This document shows positions 47,271-55,292 of a stretch of DNA of 64,000 nt, piece by piece. A program made the position numbers and the translations under genes. The stretch spans positions 6,290 through 70,289 of the forward strand of contig DAOOSC010000001.1 of the NCBI GenBank assembly GCA_035389585.1, in the 5' to 3' direction. Position 1 is the first letter of the stretch, and each line of letters starts with the position of its first letter. Below the pieces are notes generated by a model that was not told where the DNA came from, did no database searches, and was given only the letters and a program-made list of their open reading frames with translations. This DNA is from Candidatus Magasanikiibacteriota bacterium. GTDB lineage: Bacteria > Patescibacteriota > Patescibacteriia > Magasanikbacterales > UBA922.

Positions 47271-47339
47271 GTTTAGAGGTAGGGAGGTGGGAGGATATCC
47301 AGTCCAGTGAAGCCTTGGCTGGATTGAGGTATATAAGAG

Positions 47340-47367
47340 GCGTCGTTTAATGAAACTTATGCGACGC
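47340..47367. other. dif-like tyrosine-recombinase site (11-6-11)
   Basis: GCGTCGTTTAA-TGAAAC-TTATGCGACGC; the right arm read on the minus strand is GCGTCGCATAA, similar to the XerC arm GGTGCGCATAA. Confidence 0.55.
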
Positions 47368-47521
47368 CACAGAATATGGCTTCATAAACCCAAGGTATAG
47401 AGTGTCGTCTTTTTGTTTAAATTTTCAGGACGAAGAAAATAGGATGGTTGTTATGAGGCTTCCCTTGCTTAGGTATTTGTTTTATGAGCCACTTATTGTG
47501 CTGGTATTCACCTGTTTAATG

Positions 47522-47655
47522 TCAAAGTTCAAATTACAAATTTCAAATAAATGCCAAAACTAAAAGTTCAAATACCCGCAAAGATTGTAAATGGATATTT
47601 GATATTTTGATTTTGGCATTTGACATTGATTTGTTATTTGTAATTTGAACTTTGA
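47522..47655. repeat. Heptamer-repeat long inverted repeat
   Basis: Perfect 20-bp IR TCAAAGTTCAAATTACAAAT/ATTTGTAATTTGAACTTTGA made of WCAAAKW units; inner AAATGCCAAAA/TTTTGGCATTT. Confidence 0.85.
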
Positions 47656-47771
47656 GGTTAGTCAAAACGCACTCGACCTAACCTTTCTCTATTCTCCATC
47701 TCACCCACCGCTCTCTTCTCTACCTAATAAAATATTGTGCGACACCTAAATAAAAGAGGCGACTATTTATT

Positions 47772-49019
47772 TTAGTTTGGAAGGTAAGCGAGAGGATTCA
47801 CTGGGATGCCATTTTTGCGACATTCGAAGTGGAGGTGAGGGCCGGTGACGAATGGTCCAGCTCCAACTGTGCCCGGTGTTCCTCCAGAGGCGCCGATTAT
47901 ATCCCCTATCGTCACAAATTGATCTTCTTTCACATAAATACTGCTCAAATGTCCATAGACAGTTGACAATCCCCCACTATGCACGATCATGACATAACTA
48001 TAACATGAAGCGAGTGAACAGGTTTTCGCGCGGGCGATATATCCAGAACCAGCGGCTTTGACTGGGGTGCCTTGTCCAGCGCGGACATCAATGCCATTGT
48101 GCTCAAAAACGTTTCTATAGGGGTAGTCTGGGTCGTGGAAAAATGACGTGACAACACGGCTCGGTACCGGCCAATTAAATACACCACCGCTTTCCATTTC
48201 GGCATTAATTTTTTTCTGTGATTCGAGTTTTTTTCGTACTTCTTGTTCAATGGATTCAATTTCACCTTCGATTGCCTGATACTGGCTTTTTTGATTAGCG
48301 AGGAGGGTTTTGTATTTGAGTTCGGAAGATTGAGTTTGGGCGAGAAGATTTCCTTTGAGAAAACCTTGTTCTTCGAGTTTCTTTTTTTTCAATGCAAGTT
48401 CTTCGCTGGTTTTTTTGTAGGCAGTTTCTCGCTCTGTGGCAATGTTTTTCTTTTCGTCCAATTCTGATTTAGAAATTTTAATACCTCTTACATTGGTGCC
48501 GAGATTTCTTTCAATATTTTCTAGGTATTGGATACGATTGTAGAAATCAGAGAAATTGTCGTAAGTGGCGGCAATTTGAATATAATTTCGGTTTTCTTGA
48601 AGATAGATTGTTCGGATCAGTTCGGCGAGCATTTTTTGTTGTTTCGCGATGCTAGCTTCTTTGTCCTGGATTGACAGATCGAGAGCGGAAATTTCGAGCT
48701 GAATTGATGAGAGTTGAGTCTCGGTAGCTTCGATATCAAACTCGACCTGACGTGTTTGGTTGTCTAAAATTGAAATTTGATTAGAGAGTGAGACAGCTTC
48801 TTTACGTTTAGCATCGATTTTTTGTTTGAATTCTTCAATGCTTTTTTCGAGTTGTTTGATCTTGTCTCGTTTTTCGGTAATTTTCTGGTTCAAGGTGTCA
48901 ATTTCAGCAGAGTTCCCCCCTACACCGCTATTCGTTAGCGCAACTGATTTGGAGGGAAAAGAAAAGACTGATCCGAAAATGGCCAGGAAAAATATAGTAA
49001 TTAAATACCGGTATTTCAT
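47772..49019 (-). CDS. Coiled-coil M23 peptidase (EnvC/CwlO-like architecture)
   Basis: Signal peptide, long coiled coil, HNGID, YGHL, HLHFE. Confidence 0.92.
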   Translation of the reverse strand: MKYRYLITIFFLAIFGSVFSFPSKSVALTNSGVGGNSAEIDTLNQKITEKRDKIKQLEKSIEEFKQKIDAKRKEAVSLSNQISILDNQTRQVEFDIEATETQLSSIQLEISALDLSIQDKEASIAKQQKMLAELIRTIYLQENRNYIQIAATYDNFSDFYNRIQYLENIERNLGTNVRGIKISKSELDEKKNIATERETAYKKTSEELALKKKKLEEQGFLKGNLLAQTQSSELKYKTLLANQKSQYQAIEGEIESIEQEVRKKLESQKKINAEMESGGVFNWPVPSRVVTSFFHDPDYPYRNVFEHNGIDVRAGQGTPVKAAGSGYIARAKTCSLASCYSYVMIVHSGGLSTVYGHLSSIYVKEDQFVTIGDIIGASGGTPGTVGAGPFVTGPHLHFECRKNGIPVNPLAYLPN

Positions 49020-49058
49020 AATACTGGTATTATATCACATGATTTGTTTTTCAGAAAA

Positions 49059-50546
49059 TTAAGCAGATAACTTCGTGATAGCTTTTTTCAAGCGAGCCAA
49101 AGTTTTCTCTGATCCCAGGACAGCCATGATTTCAAACGACCCTGGAGATTTCTCGAGGCCGGAGAGCGCGACTCGAAGCGGCCAGAGTATATCCCCATTA
49201 GTCAGTCCGTTGTCCGCGATCCATTTTTTAGTTTCCGTCTCCAAAATTTCTTTTTTCCACTCGCCTTTCCACTCCGACAAAAATCCCTGGATCAATTCCA
49301 AATTTTTCAAAGCATCTGTCCGATTTGATTTCTTCCAAACTAAAATTTCCGGGGGATAATCGGTCGGTTCGCTAATCAAATACCCAACGGCCGTTGTAAT
49401 TTCATCGAGCCGCGCGACTCTTTCTTTTTCGAGAGATAGCGCAGGAATTATTTCCGATAATTTTTTTTTATCAACTTCGTTTGGCACGAGTCCCGCTTTG
49501 GCCAAATACGGCCAACAAGCGAGTGCAAACGACTCCGCTGACATTAGTTTGATATATTGTTTATTGTACCAGTCTAGTTTTTCCAAATTGAACACTGCCC
49601 CTTTTTTTGCCGTCTTCTCGATTGAATAATCCTGAATCAATTCCGCGAGCGAGTACATTTCCTTTTCTCCGCCAGGATTCCAACCTAAAAAGGCGACAAA
49701 ATTTATAAGCGCCTCCGGCAAATAGCCCTTTTTACGATAATCATCAACCGATACATCACCCTGTCGTTTGGATAATTTGGAACCATCTGTATTTAACAAA
49801 AGTGGTAGGTGAGCAAATGCAGGGATTTCCCAACCAAAATATTTATATAATTGCACGTGCTTTGGTGTCGAAGACAACCATTCTTCGCCGCGAATAATGT
49901 GCGTAATTTCCATGAAATGATCATCCACGACCACAGCGAGATGATATGTCGGGAAACCATCAGACTTCAAAATCACCTGATCATCAATCAATTCATTTTT
50001 GAACACCACTTCTCCGCGAATCAAATCATTAATTTTTGTTTCGCCCGTTCGTGGCATTTTCATGCGTACGACAAATTTTTCTCCCGCCTTGATTCGAGCC
50101 TCAGCTTCTTCGCGTGTCACATTTCGACAATTTCCATCATAACCAGTCGGCTGTTTATTCAATTCTTGTAATTTTCGCACTTCATCCAATCTCTCAGCCG
50201 AACAAAAACAATAATACGCGTGATCATTGGCAATTAATTCGTCAACGTATTTTTTGTAAATTGGTAAACGTAGTGACTGGGTGTACGGACCATTTTCACC
50301 TGCTTCAGACGGTTCACCATCCGCGCCTCGGACGACTCCTTCGTCTGGCACGACACCTGCCCAGTATAATGATTTCAAAATATTTGCAACTCCATCATCT
50401 ACAAAACGCGCGCGATCAGTATCTTCAATACGTAAAATAAAATGACCAGATTTTTTTTTGGCTAATAAATACGCATAAAGAGCGGTGCGTAAACTACCGA
50501 TATGTAAATACCCCGTTGGTGATGGCGCGAATCTAGTTTTAATCAT
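49059..50546 (-). CDS. gltX: Glutamate--tRNA ligase
   Basis: MIKTRFAPSPTG.LHIG, RIEDTD, KLSKR; start adjusted to ATG 50546. Confidence 0.97.
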   Translation of the reverse strand: MIKTRFAPSPTGYLHIGSLRTALYAYLLAKKKSGHFILRIEDTDRARFVDDGVANILKSLYWAGVVPDEGVVRGADGEPSEAGENGPYTQSLRLPIYKKYVDELIANDHAYYCFCSAERLDEVRKLQELNKQPTGYDGNCRNVTREEAEARIKAGEKFVVRMKMPRTGETKINDLIRGEVVFKNELIDDQVILKSDGFPTYHLAVVVDDHFMEITHIIRGEEWLSSTPKHVQLYKYFGWEIPAFAHLPLLLNTDGSKLSKRQGDVSVDDYRKKGYLPEALINFVAFLGWNPGGEKEMYSLAELIQDYSIEKTAKKGAVFNLEKLDWYNKQYIKLMSAESFALACWPYLAKAGLVPNEVDKKKLSEIIPALSLEKERVARLDEITTAVGYLISEPTDYPPEILVWKKSNRTDALKNLELIQGFLSEWKGEWKKEILETETKKWIADNGLTNGDILWPLRVALSGLEKSPGSFEIMAVLGSEKTLARLKKAITKLSA

Positions 50547-51285
50547 AGTGTTTGAAAAAATATTTGAAATTCTGTAATGTAAATACGACTGTGGCGCGAT
50601 ATATCCGTCCAATTCGTTTCGGTTCACAAATCAAACGCCATAGCCATTCTAGCCCAATTTTGCGTAAAAAGCAAGGCGCACGGCGCTGTACACCAGCGAT
50701 CATGTCGATCGATCCGCCGACCCCCATCATGATGCGAACACTCGGGAAATCTTTCTTGTGTTTCATAATCCATTTTTCTTGCTTGCCATGACCAAAAGCG
50801 ACAAATACTATTTCCGGCGCCGTCATAATTATCTGATTGATTGATTCTTCATCGACTGATTCATCAGTAATCTTTCCCGACTGATCGAAATGCGGACCGA
50901 TATTTGTGCCAGAAATAATTATTCGTGGATACTTTTCTTTAATCTTCGCAACCGCTGTGCCCAAAGTTTTCTGATTCCCCGTACCGAGCAAAAATATTTT
51001 CGATGATTTTTCATTTGCAATTTCTAGAATATCCCTCATGAGTTCAACGCCTGGATAACGTGGTAAATGACCTCGTGTCAGTATAGTAATACCAGAACCA
51101 TCCGCGACATTCAGGTCAGAACTATTTAATACGTGTGCGAATTCCCCATCTTTGCGTGCCAATACAATCATCTCCGGATTAGGTGTGAAAATCGTTCGAA
51201 CTTTATTACCATTCAAAAAATCACGCACCTGTGAAAGCACCTCTGTCGGTAGTTTGTTTGTAATTTCAATTTGACTGAATTTCAT
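50539..51285 (-). CDS. WecB/TagA/CpsF family glycosyltransferase
   Basis: TPNPE, ADG.G, G.GKQEKW, GVGG..D, RAP, GLEWLWRL..EP.R. Confidence 0.93.
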   Translation of the reverse strand: MKFSQIEITNKLPTEVLSQVRDFLNGNKVRTIFTPNPEMIVLARKDGEFAHVLNSSDLNVADGSGITILTRGHLPRYPGVELMRDILEIANEKSSKIFLLGTGNQKTLGTAVAKIKEKYPRIIISGTNIGPHFDQSGKITDESVDEESINQIIMTAPEIVFVAFGHGKQEKWIMKHKKDFPSVRIMMGVGGSIDMIAGVQRRAPCFLRKIGLEWLWRLICEPKRIGRIYRATVVFTLQNFKYFFKHYD

Positions 51286-51291
51286 GGATAC

Positions 51292-51320
51292 TTGACAAAT
51301 AAGGAAAGCTTTGCTATGAT
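51292..51320 (+). promoter_or_regulatory. sigma70 promoter of the 51381 ORFan
   Basis: TTGACA-17bp-TATGAT. Confidence 0.75.
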
Positions 51321-51380
51321 GTTTAGTCATTATGACCGCATCTCATGAGGGGTGCGAACTGTTCTTTTGGAGGTATTTTC

Positions 51381-51758
51381 ATGGAATCGATGCCGTTCGT
51401 TTTCGTGGCTCATGAAGGTGGACCTACTCAGCACGCACCCAATCGCCTATCCGTTGCGGAAGGCGTAGCAAAATTGGTAAATGCTGTACTGCCCTCGCGA
51501 GATGTCCTGCCACGATCTGCTGTGTTATTGATCGAATTAGAAGGAAATGTCCGTGGCCGTGAAGATACAGTCACCGTGCTCACTCTGGAAATCCTCAGGA
51601 TGGTCCAGAGTATCCTCAGCGGATTAAGAATCAAACACAACGATGTGAAAGAAATCTGCAATTTTGAGAGTTTGCATACCTACGATTTGGTGGGCAGACC
51701 ATATGCAATCTCCGGTCTGCGAGTCTCCCTCAGTATAGACCCATCTAATAGAGGGTAA
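51381..51758 (+). CDS. Hypothetical protein (ORFan)
   Basis: GGAGG SD, own promoter and terminator. Confidence 0.65.
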   Translation: MESMPFVFVAHEGGPTQHAPNRLSVAEGVAKLVNAVLPSRDVLPRSAVLLIELEGNVRGREDTVTVLTLEILRMVQSILSGLRIKHNDVKEICNFESLHTYDLVGRPYAISGLRVSLSIDPSNRG

Positions 51759-51796
51759 ACACACCCGCAACTAGAGCAAAAGACCAACAGACATCC

Positions 51797-51822
51797 TATC
51801 ACCCTCCGGGGTGATATTTTTT
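51797..51822 (+). terminator. Intrinsic terminator
   Basis: TATCACCC/GGGTGATA stem followed by T6. Confidence 0.85.
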
Positions 51823-51870
51823 ACCCCAAAAATTTAAAGACACTAATTTTCCCTCATATTCTACCACAAT

Positions 51871-51927
51871 TTGACAATTTTGTGAAGCGTGTTATACTAA
51901 TTATCACTCCCCCGCCCCGAGTGACAG
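51871..51927 (+). promoter_or_regulatory. clpB promoter followed by a CIRCE-like (HrcA) operator
   Basis: TTGACA-16-TATACT, then TTATCACTC-N9-GAGTGACAG (51901-51927) versus consensus TTAGCACTC-N9-GAGTGCTAA. Confidence 0.75.
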
Positions 51928-51962
51928 GTGGAGCAATAATATACCCTAAAAATAGCCAATAT

Positions 51963-54593
51963 ATGAGTACAAATAACTTTACCAAAAAAACCCAAGAGGC
52001 GCTCGAAAATGCGGCGCAACTCGCCCACAGTCACCACCTCCCCCAAGTGGAGCCGCCCCACATTTTCGCTGCAATCGTAAATGACGATGGCGGTGTAGTC
52101 TCGGCCGTGCTCCAAAAATTGAATATCGATATCAATAGTGTGCGTAAATTCGCCATGTCTCTCGTCACTGGCATGCCTCGTGCCGACGGTCCGATTCCGA
52201 TGCTGAATATGCACCAAATCATGCTCGGGCAAAATGCGATGAACATTCTGAATCTGGCAGGTGTCGAAGCTCAAAAAATGGGAGATGAATATATGAGTGT
52301 AGAGCACCTACTGCTCGCATTTTTAGTTAATAAAAATCCCGTCAGTGAGTATCTCATAAAACTCGGTGCCTCATATGACGAGACTTTGAAAGTCCTCGCC
52401 ACGGTCCGCGGTACCCAAAAAGTTGATTCACCTGAACCAGAAAGTAAATACCAAGCGCTAAAAAAGTACGGAAAAAATCTGACGGACCTCGCAAAAAAAG
52501 AAAAACTCGATCCCGTCATCGGTCGTGACGAAGAAATTCGTCGTGTCATGCAAGTCCTCTCGCGCCGTACAAAAAACAACCCAGTCCTTATCGGCGAACC
52601 AGGTGTCGGTAAGACGGCGATTGCCGAAGGTTTGGCACAACGAATCGTCAATGGCGATGTTCCGGAAAGTATTCGCGATAAAGAAGTCATTTCACTCGAC
52701 GTCGGTGCACTCGTCGCTGGGACGAAATTTCGTGGCGAGTTTGAAGATCGTTTCAAAGCGGTTTTGAAAGAAGTGATTGATTCTGCGGGTAAAATTATTC
52801 TCTTCATTGACGAATTACACTCCATCGTCGGCGCTGGCGGATCCGAAGGCGCAATTGATGCGAGCAATATGTTGAAACCGGCGCTCGCCCGCGGTGAATT
52901 ACATACTATCGGGGCGACCACACTGAAAGAATACCAGAAATATATCGAAAAAGACGCCGCTTTCGAAAGACGTTTTCAACCCGTCCTCGTGAAAGAACCA
53001 TCTACCGAAGACACGGTTGCGATTTTACGTGGTATCAAAGAAAAATATGAAATTCATCACGGTGTCCGAATCACTGATGCCGCGATTGTCGCCGCCGCTA
53101 ATTTGTCCAGTCGATATATCACCGACCGTTTTTTGCCGGACAAAGCGATTGATTTGATTGATGAAGCGACTTCGGCTTTGCGCATGCAAATTGATTCGAT
53201 GCCAGAGGACCTCGATATCATGAAACGCAAAATGATGAAAATTGAAATCGAATTGCGTGCTCTAAAAAAAGAAACTGATAAAGATGCCCAGGATCGGGCG
53301 ACGAAACTGAAAGAAGAATTGGCAAATTTGAAAGAAAAAAGTTCTGGACTCGAAATTCAATGGCGCAATCAAAAAGAAATTATTACCAGTATTCGTGAAC
53401 ACAAAAAAGAAATCGATAAATTGCGTCAACAAGCCGATATCGAAGAACGTCGTGGTGATTTACAAAAAGTCGCCGAGATTCGTTATGGTAAAATTCCGAC
53501 CATGGAAGAAGCCATCCGCGGAGACGAAAATCATCTCGCCGAATTACGCAAAGAGCGGGCGATTTTGAAAGAAGAGATTACCGAGACTGACATCGCAGCC
53601 GTAGTGGCGCGCTGGACCGGCATTCCCCTATCCAAAATGCTCCAAGATGAAGTGAAGAAATTAGCGTACATGGAAAGTGATTTGAAAAAACGCGTCATCG
53701 GCCAAGAAGAAGCCATTACCGCCATTTCAAATGCGATTCGTCGTTCACGGGCTGGTATATCCGAAGAAAAACGCCCAATCGGCTCGTTTATCTTCATGGG
53801 GCCGACTGGTGTCGGTAAGACTGAACTCGCGAAAGCCTTGGCGGAATTTCTTTTCAATGATGAAAATTCTCTCGTTCGAGTAGACATGAGTGAATACATG
53901 GAGAAACATGCCGCGAGCAAAATGATTGGTTCCCCTCCTGGCTATGTCGGCTTCGACGAAGGTGGCCAGCTCACCGAGATTATTCGCCGTCGTCCATATT
54001 CGGTAATTCTATTTGATGAAATCGAAAAAGCGCATCCTGATATTTTCAATATGATGCTCCAAATTTTGGATGACGGTCATCTGACTGATGCAAAGGGTCG
54101 CAAAGTAAATTTCAAAAACACTGTCATAATCATGACGAGTAATATCGGTTCGGAATACATGATGGAACTAGACAAACGTGGCGACCTCGGCTTTGGTGAT
54201 AGTGCGAAATCAGAAAAGAAGGAAGATAAAATGAAAACCCGTATCATGGACGCACTACGTGAACGCTTTCGTCCAGAATTTTTGAATCGCATCGATGAAA
54301 TTATCACATTCCACCCATTGAATGAAAAACAAATTCGCACCATTGTCGATTTACAAATCGCTCATGTCGCGAAACGTCTCGAAGTACGCCACATCACTCT
54401 CCGCATTTCAGAAAAGGCAAAGGATTGGCTCGCGAAAAAGGGCTATGATCCGAACCTGGGGGCACGCCCGTTGAAACGTGTCATTCAGACCGCGGTGATG
54501 GATAAGCTGGCTATGGCCATAATTGAAGAAAAAATAATCGATGGTGCTGTTGTAAAAGTGGAGATAGTGAAAGGTGAAATTGAAATAAAATAG
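51963..54593 (+). CDS. clpB: ATP-dependent chaperone ClpB
   Basis: Two AAA+ modules ([16 protein letters not shown]), long middle coiled coil, GARPLKR; start adjusted to ATG 51963. Confidence 0.97.
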   Translation: MSTNNFTKKTQEALENAAQLAHSHHLPQVEPPHIFAAIVNDDGGVVSAVLQKLNIDINSVRKFAMSLVTGMPRADGPIPMLNMHQIMLGQNAMNILNLAGVEAQKMGDEYMSVEHLLLAFLVNKNPVSEYLIKLGASYDETLKVLATVRGTQKVDSPEPESKYQALKKYGKNLTDLAKKEKLDPVIGRDEEIRRVMQVLSRRTKNNPVLIGEPGVGKTAIAEGLAQRIVNGDVPESIRDKEVISLDVGALVAGTKFRGEFEDRFKAVLKEVIDSAGKIILFIDELHSIVGAGGSEGAIDASNMLKPALARGELHTIGATTLKEYQKYIEKDAAFERRFQPVLVKEPSTEDTVAILRGIKEKYEIHHGVRITDAAIVAAANLSSRYITDRFLPDKAIDLIDEATSALRMQIDSMPEDLDIMKRKMMKIEIELRALKKETDKDAQDRATKLKEELANLKEKSSGLEIQWRNQKEIITSIREHKKEIDKLRQQADIEERRGDLQKVAEIRYGKIPTMEEAIRGDENHLAELRKERAILKEEITETDIAAVVARWTGIPLSKMLQDEVKKLAYMESDLKKRVIGQEEAITAISNAIRRSRAGISEEKRPIGSFIFMGPTGVGKTELAKALAEFLFNDENSLVRVDMSEYMEKHAASKMIGSPPGYVGFDEGGQLTEIIRRRPYSVILFDEIEKAHPDIFNMMLQILDDGHLTDAKGRKVNFKNTVIIMTSNIGSEYMMELDKRGDLGFGDSAKSEKKEDKMKTRIMDALRERFRPEFLNRIDEIITFHPLNEKQIRTIVDLQIAHVAKRLEVRHITLRISEKAKDWLAKKGYDPNLGARPLKRVIQTAVMDKLAMAIIEEKIIDGAVVKVEIVKGEIEIK

Positions 54594-54636
54594 AAAACAG
54601 TTTAATTAAAAAAGATGGTAATCCCCTCTTTTTTAA

Positions 54637-54682
54637 TTATCCACACAGACTCTTTGACGATGTCTGTATTTGGGTGTATCAT
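54637..54682 (+). promoter_or_regulatory. Promoter preceded by a perfect DnaA box
   Basis: TTATCCACA (54637-45); TTGACG-17bp-TATCAT (54654-82). Confidence 0.55.
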
Positions 54683-54689
54683 TAATTCC

Positions 54690-54861
54690 AATCACGACGA
54701 CGGGTGTCGCCCAGCAATCAGAGGTCTCACCTCGAAGCTGAAATAAGCCTGTTTCGTGGTTTGTTCCTGTTTCCGGTAGAGGTAGAATAAGCGGAGCGAA
54801 TAGTCCGAGGCCTGAGCGCTCAGCTCCTCGGCGCAATGTCCGCGAAAAACCTCTCGATACC
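54690..54861 (+). ncRNA. Two-domain structured RNA (candidate leader or ncRNA)
   Basis: Nested stems 54690-54761 and 54775-54861 with purine-rich internal loops, starting at the predicted TSS. Confidence 0.45.
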
Positions 54862-54862
54862 A

Positions 54863-55215
54863 ATGAATGGTGTCGGTATGTGGGTCAGTAGTGCGTGCCC
54901 CTGCATACGCCAATGTTCCGGAGTGGCTGATGATGGCACTAAAATCAGCGTTTGGTCAATGACCAGACCAAAGGAAGGTGGCTTTTGGGTCATGTACAAG
55001 ACACAGTTAGACTGGTGAGTACACAGAAGTCGCGGTGCTGTTCGTGGTTCTATTTCATGGGGGGGGGAAAGTCATGGGGTACTTTTCCCAACGCTTGGCT
55101 AGTTAGCTCATTGTTTAACAACCCCAAGATTGTCCATATCGATGGAAAGGCACTTGTTTCAGGAGTTTTAGTGCTGGAATCCGAGATTGTCGATGTGGAT
55201 AGTCACTCTCTCTAA
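54863..55215 (+). pseudogene. Possible fragmented ORFan (overlapping short frames) or non-coding transcript body
   Basis: No single ORF spans promoter to terminator; G9 tract at 55059-55067. Confidence 0.3.
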
Positions 55216-55247
55216 GGACCGGGTAGTAATACCGGTCCTGTTTTTTT
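55215..55247 (+). terminator. Intrinsic terminator
   Basis: AGGACCGG/CCGGTCCT stem followed by GTTTTTTT. Confidence 0.85.
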
Positions 55248-55292
55248 ATTAGAACTGTCAATAGCGATGGATTTGTGTTATACTATACTTCT

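Larger units (their letters stand above)
47277..47725 (+). other. Highly self-complementary non-coding element (candidate ncRNA or terminus-associated DNA)
   Basis: Ends pair (47277-87/47715-25); internal stems at 47297-47324, 47339-47368, 47368-47500, 47522-47655, 47655-47684. Confidence 0.45.

Noticed and set aside
47350-47400. 16-codon ORF MKLMRRHRIWLHKPKV with a weak SD
   Set aside because: It overlaps the dif-like palindrome and has no downstream gene to regulate; likely chance.
47522-47655. Repeats as a possible CRISPR array
   Set aside because: Short tandem 7-mers forming one hairpin; no repeat-spacer periodicity and no cas genes.
47271-47746. Group II intron-like ends (GTGCGACAC and ...CTACCTAAT)
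   Set aside because: They are in the wrong order, and there is no domain V consensus and no RT/maturase.
54637-54645. Perfect DnaA box as evidence for oriC
   Set aside because: Single box, no cluster or dnaA/dnaN nearby, and the apparent skew direction indicates a terminus rather than an origin.
55016-55018. TGA read-through (genetic code 25 or selenocysteine) to rescue the 54863 ORF
   Set aside because: TGA terminates many bona fide genes here, and the frame hits TAG soon afterwards.
54690-55247. Retron msr-msd or DGR template
   Set aside because: No reverse transcriptase in the window and no TR/VR repeat pair seen.
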